The translations under genes were made by a program, and so were the position numbers. A stretch of 64,000 nucleotides of DNA from Terriglobia bacterium (lineage in GTDB: Bacteria; Acidobacteriota; Terriglobia; 20CM-2-55-15), in contig CBDCLE010000015.1 of NCBI GenBank assembly GCA_965218585.1, positions 1-64,000 on the forward strand, given 5' to 3'. Below the pieces are notes generated by a model. The model saw nothing but the letters and a program-made list of their open reading frames with translations. It did not search any database and was not told where the DNA came from. Positions 1 to 9,810 of this stretch are shown here, piece by piece (position 1 is the stretch's first letter; each line of letters opens with the position of its first letter).

Positions 1-1
1 T

Positions 2-604
2 CGGAGTGGCTATTACGGGCGGGACCTGGTCACGCGGGTGGGCAAGCTGGAGCTGCGCGGCTTGTGCGGCGTGGAGTTCGTGGTGACCGACGATCATGCC
101 GGGTTGAAGAAAGCCATCGCAGAAGTCCTGCCCGAAGCGATCTGGCAACGCTGCTACGTCCACTTTCTGAGAAACGCATTGGATTATCTGCCGCGCAAAG
201 CCGATGACGATTGTCTCCAGGAACTGCGTTGGCTCTACGACCGGCGGGACCTCCAGGAAGTGCGGCAGGACCTGGCGACATGGTTGAGCAAGTGGGGGCA
301 GAAATATTCCAAACTCTGCGACTGGGTCGAAGACAATATCGACGAGACACTAAGCTTCTACACGCTGCCGCTTCAGCATCACAAACACATGAAATCCACC
401 AATATGCTGGAACGGCTCAACGAAGAGATCAAACGGCGAACGCGCGTGGTGCGGATATTCCCCAACGCAGCCAGCTGTCTGCGTTTGATTCGGGCGCTGA
501 CCACCGAAACGCACGAGAACTGGATCGAAGCGATCCGCTACTTGAACATGGACCTGTTGAAGGAACACAAAAGGGACTGGCACCGTCAGACGCCGGCTGC
601 CTAA
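2..604 (+). pseudogene. IS256-family transposase, internally deleted and cut by the window edge
   Basis: N-terminal motif RSGYYGRDLVTRVGKLELR is joined directly to the mid-protein motif GLCGVEFVVTDDHAGL; WQRCYVHFLRN and STNMLERLNEEIKRR are present; IS256-like right end ttgcagaacttgacgcacacaact at ~901-924. Confidence 0.85.
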
Positions 605-1169
605 ACGCGTCCCAACGGGCCGACCCAATGATCGACTCGGATGTCGATCGGCGATTACAGAGCATCCTGGAGCGAACAATCGCTGTGGAAAACTTTCGAG
701 GGGACGAAAGAAAGAAAAAGAACCAAAAAAGAAAGAAACGCAGAGGCCTGATGGAAATGACGCCTCAGAGGAAATCCGCCAAAAGGCGCGGATTCCCTCT
801 GAGGCTTGGAAAAGCTTCGCCAAAAACGCTCAGCATTCCCACATTCCCACAGGCCCGACGGCGATCGACACTCAAGAACTGAATTTTTTGGAAATACTTT
901 TTGCAGAACTTGACGCACACAACTCCGACCACCCAATCCCGAGCACAGTCATATAGACTTTCGCACCAATCGACCGGCACGTTAAGGAATGTAAATTACA
1001 CTTCGTACCGATCATCCCGCCAAGTTAGACGCGCCCTTTTAGCAATTGTTAGAGCTTGTCGCAGCCGAGAATCCGACCCATCTCAGAGGAATGTAACCGG
1101 TCAATGTGGCAGTTCTGGTCCGGCGTCTTTCTGCCGCAGACGCGTTTCTATGGAAGGGGCTGTCAAGAG

Positions 1170-1530
1170 AAACACGTCCCCGCCGAGCGGACCACCGTAC
1201 CCAACACTGTCGTGGCAGCCAGCCCCTGTCTCCGTTGAGACGAACTGTTGATCCGGCATCGCAGAGAAGTCGATCACTCATCACAACGTGGTGTGGTTTC
1301 GAGAAACTGAAAAGCGCAAAGGGGTCGTGATTGCCGACCACGGTTCTATCTGAGCCTCGAGGGCTATCGCTTTTCCAGGTCGTGCGAGGGGGGATAGAGT
1401 ATTACATGGGCCTTCAGCAAGCGCTGTGTGCCAACCGCGTATCGGATCCTCACCCTCGACCCTACCGTTCCGACGCCTCACCGACGACGAGCGGTCGAAT
1501 GCCTCGCGCTGTCGGCAGAAGTCTGGAAAC
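1170..1530 (-). ncRNA. Candidate bridge/seek RNA in the IS1111 right end
   Basis: Long non-coding end downstream of the recombinase; short matches to the reconstructed target (cgcgtat 1436-1442) and to the element end (ttctat 1344-1349); boundaries approximate. Confidence 0.6.
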
Positions 1531-1532
1531 GG

Positions 1533-2594
1533 CTATGTCGCCAAGTTCAGTTTCTTTGCGTTAAACGTGTCTCCTTTCTTCCACATCTTCAGTGCGGTCG
1601 CTGCAATCTTCCTCGCCAGTGTCAGCCGAGCCATCTCCTTACGCTTGCCGTCTTTCTGGAGCCCCTCCAGGTAGCTTTTCCAAGGTTCGGCCCCCATGCC
1701 TCCGGTCGCCGCCCCGATGAACACATCTTTCAAACGTCGGTTGCCGTTGCGGTTCAGTCCCCGCGTGGCGATCGGCTTTCGACGACGTACCACACGACTC
1801 CCTTCCTGCTCATACTCCGCACTCATGTGCATTGCCACGGCCAGACCGCTGTAGTTCCAGAGCTGGCGTTTGGTTCGAAATCGATGCGGGGTGTCCCCCG
1901 TCGCTACAATCAAGGCGCAACGTATCGGTCCCAACTGGGGAATCGTCTGCAATATCCCCACCGCACGATGCTTGCGGCTCTCGGTTAACATCGCCAGCTT
2001 CGCTTTTTTTCTTAACCCTCTCAGATGATCCAGCTCCTCATACAACCATCCGGTACGCCGCCGTGCACCGGTATTGGCGAGCTGTTCGATCCAGTGTTCC
2101 CGCTGCGATGGGAGGTAGACGCCGTGGCCCGGCGTCCGGATCCCACGTCCTCGATACATTGCCTTGATCCGAACCATCGTCCGCTGCGTATCCAGGGTCA
2201 AGGTCTCATATCCGCGGACCAGTTCTTTCAACGTCCGCGTCGCATCGTGCCCGTGGTAGACCGACCGCAGCCATCCGGCCCGGAGCAGCTCGGCCAGTTT
2301 CAGGGCATCCACCCGGTCGGTCTTGGACCCGTCACTGAGCAGTTTGTTCCGTCTGGGATCACACACGATCACTTCGCTCACATATCCCCGGACCACGTTG
2401 TAGAGCCATTCGGCCTGCGTGGTTTCTTCAAACGTCACGTGCAGCTCACCACTCAGACTCTCCAGCAAATCAATGATTGGCCCGGCCTGGGTCTCTACGA
2501 TCTTTTCCCAGACCAGTTTGCCGTCTGCGTTTAAGACCATCACCACCGTCGTTGCCTGGTGCACATCCATGCCGATATACTTGGCCTGTTTCAT
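1533..2594 (-). CDS. IS110-family transposase/recombinase
   Basis: YIGMDVH (DEDD), KTDRVDA, TIPQLGP, LWNYSGL, LARKIA motifs; 353 aa. Confidence 0.95.
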   Translation of the reverse strand: MKQAKYIGMDVHQATTVVMVLNADGKLVWEKIVETQAGPIIDLLESLSGELHVTFEETTQAEWLYNVVRGYVSEVIVCDPRRNKLLSDGSKTDRVDALKLAELLRAGWLRSVYHGHDATRTLKELVRGYETLTLDTQRTMVRIKAMYRGRGIRTPGHGVYLPSQREHWIEQLANTGARRRTGWLYEELDHLRGLRKKAKLAMLTESRKHRAVGILQTIPQLGPIRCALIVATGDTPHRFRTKRQLWNYSGLAVAMHMSAEYEQEGSRVVRRRKPIATRGLNRNGNRRLKDVFIGAATGGMGAEPWKSYLEGLQKDGKRKEMARLTLARKIAATALKMWKKGDTFNAKKLNLAT

Positions 2595-2716
2595 TTACGT
2601 GCTCCTTTGTCTTTGAATTCAACGCAGCTACGTTGAATGGGTTGTTGTCGGGAGATTTTCCTCCTGGCAACAGCCGACAAAGGGGCGTCCTTCCTTATAG
2701 CGTATACTGACAGATT

Positions 2717-3589
2717 ATGCGTCGGCATCCGGATTGGCTGAAGGTACGTATTCCGAGCGGGGAAGAATTCTTCCAGGTGCGTGATATTCTTCGCGACCAC
2801 CAGTTGAACACTGTGTGCGAGGATGCGCGCTGCCCCAACATTGCCGAATGCTGGGGACAGCACCGAACGGCCACCTTCATGATCCTCGGGGACATCTGCA
2901 CGCGGGCCTGTGCCTACTGCGCGGTCGCTTCGGGCCAGCCAGGAGCGTTAGATGAATCGGAACCCGAGCGTGTCGCAGCCGCCGTCGGGGACCTCGGTCT
3001 CAAACATGCTGTCGTCACGTCAGTGGATCGTGACGACCTCGCCGATGGAGGCGCCCGAATCTTTGCAGAGACCGTCCGTGCGATTCGACGTGCCGATCGA
3101 GCAGTGAAGATAGAACTTCTGACGCCGGATTTCGAGGGTTCGGCCCAAGCTCTGGAAACAGTGTTGGAATCTGGTCCCGATATTTTTTCTCACAATATCG
3201 AAACGGTCGAACGACTTTATCCGGAGGTTCGTTTCAAATCGGATTATCGGCGGTCTCTGGATGTGCTCGCTACTGCTGAACGAATTGGCGGTGAAGTCTT
3301 CGTCAAAACCGGCATCATGGTCGGTCTCGGTGAGAGCAAGGACGAGATATACAGCCTGATGAGGGACGCTGTAGAAGCCGGCGTCCAGATTCTGACCATT
3401 GGCCAGTACCTGAGGCCAACGCCGAAACACGCCCAGATTCGGAACTACTACACGCCGTCCGAGTTCGACGAGTTTCGAAGGATGGGCCAGGAGCTCGGAA
3501 TTCGATGGGTTTTTTCCGGCCCGCTGGTTAGAAGTTCCTATCACGCTGAAGACGTGTTTGATGACATGATGGCTTCGACCCTAACCTAA
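2717..3589 (+). CDS. lipA: Lipoyl synthase
   Basis: CEDARCPNIAECW, CTRACAYC radical-SAM motif, C-terminal GPLVRSSYHA. Confidence 0.98.
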   Translation: MRRHPDWLKVRIPSGEEFFQVRDILRDHQLNTVCEDARCPNIAECWGQHRTATFMILGDICTRACAYCAVASGQPGALDESEPERVAAAVGDLGLKHAVVTSVDRDDLADGGARIFAETVRAIRRADRAVKIELLTPDFEGSAQALETVLESGPDIFSHNIETVERLYPEVRFKSDYRRSLDVLATAERIGGEVFVKTGIMVGLGESKDEIYSLMRDAVEAGVQILTIGQYLRPTPKHAQIRNYYTPSEFDEFRRMGQELGIRWVFSGPLVRSSYHAEDVFDDMMASTLT

Positions 3590-3598
3590 TAGGTTTAT

Positions 3599-3922
3599 AT
3601 GGGACTCTTATCGAAGATATTTGGCGTGGATCCGGATGTTCTGGCAGGCCGGACTCCCGAAGCCCAATCCGCCGCGCAACGGACTATCCCCGGCGACGCC
3701 GACTTCAAGACCAAAGTCGAGATGGTGTTGGAGCAGGTGCGCCCCGGGTTACGTGCAGATGGGGGTGACGTCGAGCTCGTGGACGTCATCGATCATTCCA
3801 TAAGAGTCAAGCTGGTGGGCGCCTGTGAAGGCTGCGCCAGTTCCTCGCTGACACTGCGCTACGGTATTGAAAAGAAGCTCCGCGAGATGATTCCTGAATT
3901 CGAAGATCTCATTCCTTTTTAA
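3599..3922 (+). CDS. NifU-like/NfuA C-terminal domain Fe-S carrier
   Basis: VRPGLRADGGDVEL and GACEGC motifs; directly downstream of lipA. Confidence 0.9.
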   Translation: MGLLSKIFGVDPDVLAGRTPEAQSAAQRTIPGDADFKTKVEMVLEQVRPGLRADGGDVELVDVIDHSIRVKLVGACEGCASSSLTLRYGIEKKLREMIPEFEDLIPF

Positions 3923-3925
3923 GAA

Positions 3926-4014
3926 TTCAACACGAAGGCACGAAGGTCACGAAGTTAGATTGTCATGGCTTAAGAACCAAGAACACTTCGTGTGTTTCGT
4001 GTCCTCGTGTTGAA
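3926..4014. repeat. Intergenic palindromic REP-like element
   Basis: ttcaacacgaaggcacgaaggtcacgaag ... cttcgtgtgtttcgtgtcctcgtgttgaa arms, between convergent genes. Confidence 0.75.
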
Positions 4015-4062
4015 GATCTCGATATGCCGGTCCGAAAAATAGTCGGTGGCTGGTGGGTCTTT

Positions 4063-4662
4063 CTATAATTCTCTTCTGCCTTCCAGGGCCTTCGTCATCG
4101 TAACCGAGTCGGCGTAGTCGAGGTCGCCTCCAACAGGAAGGCCCATTGCCAGCCGCGTGACACGAATTCCAAGTGGTTTGATCAGTTTGGAAAGGTATAG
4201 CGCTGTCGTTTCTCCCTCCACATTCGGGTTGGTTGCGACGATGATCTCCTCAACGGTTCCCGACTGCAGGCGATCGATCAACGGCCGAATGGTCAGCTGG
4301 TCGGGTCCGACTCCCTTCAAGGGAGATATTGCGCCCATAAGGACGTGATAGCGTCCGTTGAACTCGTGGGTATTTTCGATTGGCAGAATGTTGTGTGATT
4401 CTTCCACGATACACAGAAGGTGATCGTTTCGTTTGGGGTGTGTGCAAAAGTGACAGGGATCGACATCGGTGAGGTTGCTGCAGATTGTGCAATGGCGGAT
4501 CGAGCGCTTCATGTCGACTATGGCCTCGGCGAGTTGCTCGGCTTCACTGGTCTCCATCTTAAGGATATGGAAAGCCATTCGCTGAGCAGACTTAGTGCCC
4601 ACGCCGGGGAGCTTTCTGAAGTTTTCGATGAGCCGGGTGACCGGTTCTGCAAGATCGCCCAT
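4063..4662 (-). CDS. recR: Recombination mediator RecR
   Basis: LPGVGTKSAQRMAF HhH, C4 zinc finger, Toprim ATNPNVEGETTA. Confidence 0.98.
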   Translation of the reverse strand: MGDLAEPVTRLIENFRKLPGVGTKSAQRMAFHILKMETSEAEQLAEAIVDMKRSIRHCTICSNLTDVDPCHFCTHPKRNDHLLCIVEESHNILPIENTHEFNGRYHVLMGAISPLKGVGPDQLTIRPLIDRLQSGTVEEIIVATNPNVEGETTALYLSKLIKPLGIRVTRLAMGLPVGGDLDYADSVTMTKALEGRREL

Positions 4663-4962
4663 TTACAGGCCCGGGATGTTCAGGCCGGAGGCCAGATTTC
4701 CTAACTGGCCGGCCATCGCCTCGTCCACTCGACGGGCCGCTTCGTTGACCGCAGCGACGATCAGGTCCTGGAGCATCTCCTGGTCTCCACCGCTGAGCAC
4801 CTCGGCGTCGATTTCTACGGAGAGGAGTTGCTTGTTGCCGTTCATCTTGACCGACACCATCTCGCCACCCGCGCTGGCTTCGACAACGGTCTGCTCGAGT
4901 TGCTTCTGCAACTGTTCCTGCATCTTCTGGGCCTGCTTCATCATCTGTTGCATATTCTTCAT
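4663..4962 (-). CDS. ybaB: YbaB/EbfC nucleoid-associated protein
   Basis: MMKQAQKMQ, ASAGGEMV, MLQDLIVAAVNEA; between dnaX and recR. Confidence 0.96.
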   Translation of the reverse strand: MKNMQQMMKQAQKMQEQLQKQLEQTVVEASAGGEMVSVKMNGNKQLLSVEIDAEVLSGGDQEMLQDLIVAAVNEAARRVDEAMAGQLGNLASGLNIPGL

Positions 4963-4974
4963 CAGTACGACTCC

Positions 4975-6711
4975 TTATTGTTCATCCGGTTTCTTCGCAC
5001 TTTTCACGTGTGAAATTTGACCGCGGAAGACATCAAGGAAGTTCTGGACGAGAGCTTCTTTCTCGACCGATTCTTTGAGTGGCCTGTTCTCTTCGGTTTC
5101 CGCCTGACCTTCGGACGAAGTGCTCATTATAAGTGATACCGAAGCAGGTCTGCCCAGCAGCTCACGGGCAGTTGCTTCCAGGATCTGAAAGTGTTCGGGG
5201 CTTTCCAGTGCGGACCGAACGGCCGGGCTGGGAACCTGGATCTGGATGAGATCCTGATCCTGTCGGATAGAGTCCACGCGCTCGAAATAAAGACCGGTCG
5301 TTTCCGACTTCTGTTCGATCTTCTGACGGTAAGCCTGGGCAAACGGCAATGCTTGATCAAAACCAGATGCCGAATCGCGTGTTTCTTTTTTCCCGACTGT
5401 GCTCTCTCGAGAAGAGGTGGTCGGCCCGGTTTGATGTGGCGAACTCTTCGATTCCGCCGCTCTGGGAGCCGGAGGGGCTTTCGTTGCCGGAGCTGTTTTC
5501 TTCCTGGTCTCTGGTGCCGGCTGTGGCTGGGGTGCGGGTGCCAACTTTCGAGGCTTTGGCTCGGAGCCAGATTGCGATGGCGAGTTTCCTGAACCCAGAT
5601 CCCGAATGACCTCTTCGATATCGCGGAGCTGCCCTACCTTGGCAAGTTTGATGCAGCCGATCTCAAGATGGAACCTCGGTTCAGAAGTCCAGCGCAGATC
5701 GTTTTCAAGACGTATCAGCATGTCGAAGAAACGGATCAGGTCCTGTTCGGAAAACTGCTCGGCCTGGGAAGTGATTCGGCCTCGCTCTTCGCTGCCGGCC
5801 AGAATCCTTTCGCTGATCCCCAGCTTCGCAAGCAGCATGTCACGAATACGGGAGAGAAACTCCCGTACGAACTGTTGGAGATTCAGCCCCTGGCCAGCAA
5901 TGACTTCGACGACGTCCAGCAGCGCCCTTGAGTTTCGTTCGATGAGTCCGTCGACCGCGTTGTCCAGAAGCTCGGACGGAATAAACCCCAGCACATCCCT
6001 CACGTCTTCGTCACTTATCTTCTGTCCACCGAACGCGATGATCTGGTCGAGCAACGACTGAGCATCCCGCATGCTGCCTTCGGCCGCCTTGACGACGTAA
6101 TCAAGCGCCCCGTCACCTATCTTGATGCCTTCACTTTTGGCGATCTTTCGAAGGTGCTCCAGTGTCTCGGCCGGAGGAATAGTTCGAAAAACGAATTGCT
6201 GGCACCGGGAAAGAATGGTTGCCGGCAGCTTGTGTCTTTCGGTCGTCGCGAGAATAAACGCGATGTGTTCGGGCGGTTCTTCAAGAATCTTCAATAGTGC
6301 ATTGAACGCCGATGTCGACAGCATGTGGACTTCATCCACGATGAAGATCTTGAAGCGATCCCTCGAAGGCGCGTAGCGGGCGTTTTCTCGTAGTTCGCGG
6401 ATGTTGTCCACGCCCGTGTTCGAGGCCGCGTCGATCTCCAGCACGTCGATCGATCGCCCGACGGAGATTTCCTGGCAGGACGAACATTCGTTGCACGGAG
6501 TGGGTATGGGGCCCTGACTGCAGTTGAGGGCCTTGGCGAGCAGTCGGGCCGTGGTGGTTTTCCCGACTCCCCTGGGGCCGCAGAAGAGGTAGGCGTGCCC
6601 GATGCGATCCATCTCGATCGCGTTCTTCAGCGTCTGGACGATCGGGTTCTGCCCGACCACTTCTTCAAAAACCTGTGGTCTGAATTTCCGGGCGATGACT
6701 TGGTATTTCAT
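4975..6711 (-). CDS. dnaX: DNA polymerase III gamma/tau
   Basis: ARKFRPQ, GPRGVGKT, EIDAAS, IVDEVHML, SRC motif. Confidence 0.98.
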   Translation of the reverse strand: MKYQVIARKFRPQVFEEVVGQNPIVQTLKNAIEMDRIGHAYLFCGPRGVGKTTTARLLAKALNCSQGPIPTPCNECSSCQEISVGRSIDVLEIDAASNTGVDNIRELRENARYAPSRDRFKIFIVDEVHMLSTSAFNALLKILEEPPEHIAFILATTERHKLPATILSRCQQFVFRTIPPAETLEHLRKIAKSEGIKIGDGALDYVVKAAEGSMRDAQSLLDQIIAFGGQKISDEDVRDVLGFIPSELLDNAVDGLIERNSRALLDVVEVIAGQGLNLQQFVREFLSRIRDMLLAKLGISERILAGSEERGRITSQAEQFSEQDLIRFFDMLIRLENDLRWTSEPRFHLEIGCIKLAKVGQLRDIEEVIRDLGSGNSPSQSGSEPKPRKLAPAPQPQPAPETRKKTAPATKAPPAPRAAESKSSPHQTGPTTSSRESTVGKKETRDSASGFDQALPFAQAYRQKIEQKSETTGLYFERVDSIRQDQDLIQIQVPSPAVRSALESPEHFQILEATARELLGRPASVSLIMSTSSEGQAETEENRPLKESVEKEALVQNFLDVFRGQISHVKSAKKPDEQ

Positions 6712-6745
6712 CCGCTGGTTTGAGGTGTCGACTCGATCCCGCGGG

Positions 6746-6851
6746 CCAGGCCCGGGGGATACTGTGTCACATCGGGTAACCCACTACCGTTGCTTCCTTC
6801 CGGACCTGGCGGGATTCGCGGGCGCCAATTGCACAGCCCCCCTAAGCCTGA
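6746..6851 (-). ncRNA. ffs: SRP (4.5S) RNA
   Basis: Helix-8 signature gccaggtccggaaggaagcaacgg; complementary ends; canonical position upstream of dnaX. Confidence 0.95.
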
Positions 6852-6873
6852 TAACCCTTACTGATAATCAGTA

Positions 6874-6960
6874 CGGAGAGAGTGGGATTCGAACCCACGG
6901 TGAGGTTACCCCCACACACGCTTTCCAAGCGTGCTCCTTCGGCCTCTCGGACATCTCTCC
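6874..6960 (-). tRNA. tRNA-Ser(GGA), CCA not encoded
   Basis: ggagagatgtccgagaggccgaaggagcacgc-ttGGAaa-gcgtg, long variable arm, ggttcgaatccc T-arm. Confidence 0.97.
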
Positions 6961-6981
6961 AAAATGTTTATTATCAATAAT

Positions 6982-8136
6982 TTAACCTGGAAGCTCTGCC
7001 GCAATATTCGTTACTTGTGACGCGATTTGTGACGTAACTCCCACAACCTGTCGAGGTCTGGCGACCGCCTCCTGCTCTGTCGCCTCGTCTCTCCGGGCAT
7101 CCAGTTCCTCAAGAGCCCTTCGCTTTGCCTCAAGTCGGATGTGACTGTAGTGTTCAAGCATCCGGCGCGACAAATGCCCCGTAATCGATTCCATCACGTG
7201 GTCAGGAACGCCCATTTCGGCGAGTTCCGTAATGATTGTATGGCGCAGGTCGTGGAACCGCAACCCTCCAAGACCAGCCTTTTTGGTGAGACTTCTCCAC
7301 GCGTTGTCCCAGCTCTTGGCCGGTCGATTCGGATCGATCCGGTTCCACTGCGATGCTGGCCAGATATAGTGATCAGGGGCACTAAACCCCTGTGATTCAG
7401 CATGTTGATTTCTACGCACCATTGCTTGCCGGGCTGACTGATTCAGAGGAATCACTCTGTGGCTCGACATGTTCTTGCTCCGCCGTACCGTTACCGTGCC
7501 TTCAGCCAGATCAATGTCCTTCCACTGGAGGTGCTTCACTTCGACGGGCCTCAATGAAGTATTTGCCGCCAGAACAGCCGCGCAGTAGACATGTTCCCAA
7601 TCGGGATTGATTGCAGCGGCTTCGAAGAGACGTTGCCGTTCTTCCCGGCTCAGAGCACGACCGATTGGCTTCTGGTTCTCTGGTAGATTTGCCACATGAT
7701 CTTCGAGAGCCTTCCATCGCCCGGCGTGCTTTAGCACTCTTCTAAGGACCCCGACATCCATGTTGATGGTCCGATTGGCTATTCCGGCCTCGTGCCTCAC
7801 TTCTTGGAAGTGTGCGATGGACGCGGGAGTGATCGACGTGAGCTTCAGGTCACCAAAATGTTTCTTGACGATTGCGAGCCTCTCCGTTTCCAGTTCCAGC
7901 GTGCGCGGTGAACACCGCATGGTTTTGTGGTGGAGGTAGGTACTGATAGCGTCATGGAGACGTTTGGGCCCTTCAGCTTGCCTTGCAAGCTGGCCTTTCC
8001 GGGCCTTTCCGATCATTAGACGCTCTTGCCTCAGTGCCTCCTTCCAGTTTGTAGTTTCAAGGGACTTCCGGTGCCGCTGTCCGTCAACTGTGAAGTCGGT
8101 CCAATAGATTCCCTTGCCGCGTTTGTAGATCGACAT
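6982..8136 (-). CDS. Tyrosine integrase
   Basis: MSIYKRGKG arm-binding N-terminus; catalytic R (SLRPVE), HDLRH, GHLS, HYSH. Confidence 0.95.
   Translation of the reverse strand: MSIYKRGKGIYWTDFTVDGQRHRKSLETTNWKEALRQERLMIGKARKGQLARQAEGPKRLHDAISTYLHHKTMRCSPRTLELETERLAIVKKHFGDLKLTSITPASIAHFQEVRHEAGIANRTINMDVGVLRRVLKHAGRWKALEDHVANLPENQKPIGRALSREERQRLFEAAAINPDWEHVYCAAVLAANTSLRPVEVKHLQWKDIDLAEGTVTVRRSKNMSSHRVIPLNQSARQAMVRRNQHAESQGFSAPDHYIWPASQWNRIDPNRPAKSWDNAWRSLTKKAGLGGLRFHDLRHTIITELAEMGVPDHVMESITGHLSRRMLEHYSHIRLEAKRRALEELDARRDEATEQEAVARPRQVVGVTSQIASQVTNIAAELPG
7015..7038. repeat. Putative integrase arm-type sites; partner at 26870-26893
   Basis: ttgtgacgcgatttgtgacgtaac vs ttgtgacgcggattgtgacgtaac. 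Confidence 0.75.
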
Positions 8137-8179
8137 TACTTTCGCTTTCCTCCTTTCAAATGGAATGCTTTCACTAGCA

Positions 8180-8398
8180 TCATCCGTGTCCTCCCTGTCG
8201 GCGTGTGGCCGTCTTCGCTTTCTGCTTAGCGCCTTTCTTTCCCTTCGGCGGTCTGCCACCCAGCTTGCCCCACTCGCGCATCTTGCGTTCAAACTCTTTC
8301 TTGCCCCACTTGCGCTTGCGCACGGCAGCACTGCGCTTGCCGAGTAGACTGGCCGCCTCGTTGACTTCCTTTTGCTTCTTGGTTGGCACGTCATCCAA
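8180..8398 (-). CDS. Small basic protein with KGG/AT-hook-like motif
   Basis: AASLLGKR...GKLGGRP; very Lys/Arg rich; TATAAT just upstream; exact start uncertain. Confidence 0.65.
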   Translation of the reverse strand: MDDVPTKKQKEVNEAASLLGKRSAAVRKRKWGKKEFERKMREWGKLGGRPPKGKKGAKQKAKTATRRQGGHG

Positions 8399-8476
8399 TA
8401 TTATAACCTAGCGTTAGCTTATTTCCCAAAACAAATCGCGTAGAATGCGTGCTGAAAAAGCCAGCAGGAGAAAGCC

Positions 8477-9328
8477 ATGCCAGAGCGAAGCGACCCGCCA
8501 CAGGATGAGGAACCCAAAGAAAGAGAACTGATCCCGGCCGCAGAAGAGACACAACCTCCCGGAGATGAACTTCCACAGAAGGTCGAGAAAGCTCTAGCCG
8601 AACTCGTAGAGGCAACTCTTGAAAACGACCCGGATTCCGCTGAGACGGAGGACTCGTTGCGGGAGTTCATTCTCCGCAGGGCGGAAATGATCTATCAGAC
8701 CCCAGCGAGACCTGTCCAGCAGCTAAAGGGCCAGCGTAGAGGCTCAACTCCCGGCTTCGGTGGACTGTTGCCCCGACAGATCAAATCTGGCGTAACGGGA
8801 ATTGAGAAAGCCATCGCCGATATCCAACGTTTCAACGAAATTCCTGCGCTGAGCGAGACTCGCATAATTCTCCAACACAAGTACGGCGACGAGCGCCCCA
8901 TTCGAGTTGAGGTCGTGCGCGAGGCGGAGTCCCATTTACGTTACGACTACCGAATCTTCGACTGGCTACCGGAACTCCTTGACAGCTATATCCACTACGT
9001 CACGCACCATCTCAAGAAGGCCGGTAAGCATCCTTTCGGCAGTCGCCTCCGCTCTCAGTTCAAAGCAGAACTCCTCGCCTTCGTTCGCGGTTCTGAGGAG
9101 GGACAGCCCCTCTACGCGCTCGTCTCTCGATTCATGCAGGCATACGTTACCTTCAAGAACCGGCATCTGAGCGACGACGAATGGGACGAGGACAAAGAAT
9201 TGAACGAATTCGACCCGGAAGTGCTAGGTGACTTCGCTCATAAAAACATTGCCCGTGCTACGTCTTACGAATTAAGCGCATTCGCTCCAATGGAAGAACT
9301 GTTTCCCAAGGACCTCGACGAGGAATAA
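8477..9328 (+). CDS. Hypothetical protein (possible island regulator)
   Basis: 283 aa, RBS aggag, divergent from integrase; no family recognised. Confidence 0.75.
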   Translation: MPERSDPPQDEEPKERELIPAAEETQPPGDELPQKVEKALAELVEATLENDPDSAETEDSLREFILRRAEMIYQTPARPVQQLKGQRRGSTPGFGGLLPRQIKSGVTGIEKAIADIQRFNEIPALSETRIILQHKYGDERPIRVEVVREAESHLRYDYRIFDWLPELLDSYIHYVTHHLKKAGKHPFGSRLRSQFKAELLAFVRGSEEGQPLYALVSRFMQAYVTFKNRHLSDDEWDEDKELNEFDPEVLGDFAHKNIARATSYELSAFAPMEELFPKDLDEE

Positions 9329-9386
9329 TCCTTTTCGCCTACCTCGCAATTCTCTCATCCCATCACTTTCCGCGACGGGGCCCCGT

Positions 9387-9513
9387 GTGACAGAAACCTG
9401 TCACGTCCACCCCAGCCGGGTTTTTGCCATCTCGTCTACCCTCCTCCTTCGCCACTGATTCTCGACCGCGAAAGACTAAGCCTTCCCCTCTAAATGTGAC
9501 AGAAAGCTGTCAC
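9387..9513. promoter_or_regulatory. Two palindromic operators GTGACAG-N4-CTGTCAC
   Basis: Copies at 9387-9404 and 9496-9513, upstream of the xis-rep operon. Confidence 0.7.
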
Positions 9514-9594
9514 GGCGCACCCGGACGAGTTTTCGGGAGCTTTGAGAAAATAGGCACGGTCGAAAATAACGAACTTTCAAGGAGATCAAAAATC

Positions 9595-9810
9595 ATGTTG
9601 CTAAACGAAAAGCAGGTCGCCCAGCTTCTCTGCTGCACCACATCAGCGCTACGTCGCTGGCGGAGAGAAGGCCGGGGACCCCGGTTCGTCAAGATCGGAC
9701 GGCTCGTTCGGTATCGACAGGAAGATGTAGAGGATTTCGTAAATCAAAACACCGTCCAGGCTCACTTGGCTGGTGTAGATCTGGAGAAAGAGAGAAATGA
9801 ACTTAGATAA
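9595..9810 (+). CDS. HTH excisionase/AlpA-like protein
   Basis: LLNEKQVAQLL...LRRWRREGRGPRFVKIGRLVRY; RBS aggag. Confidence 0.9.
   Translation: MLLNEKQVAQLLCCTTSALRRWRREGRGPRFVKIGRLVRYRQEDVEDFVNQNTVQAHLAGVDLEKERNELR

Larger units (their letters stand above)
1142..2703 (-). mobile_element. IS110-family (IS1111-type) insertion sequence
   Basis: DEDD recombinase; subterminal IRs ctatggaagg (1148-1157) / ccttccttatag (2689-2700); gcgt at both ends; no TSD; ~390 bp non-coding right end. Confidence 0.8.

Noticed and set aside
211-882. 223 aa ORF overlapping IS256
   Set aside because: Alternative frame through the transposase and a low-complexity non-coding end
8137-8394. N-terminal extension of the integrase ORF (470 aa)
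   Set aside because: Overlaps a more plausible small protein in another frame; MSIYKRG at 8136 is the typical start
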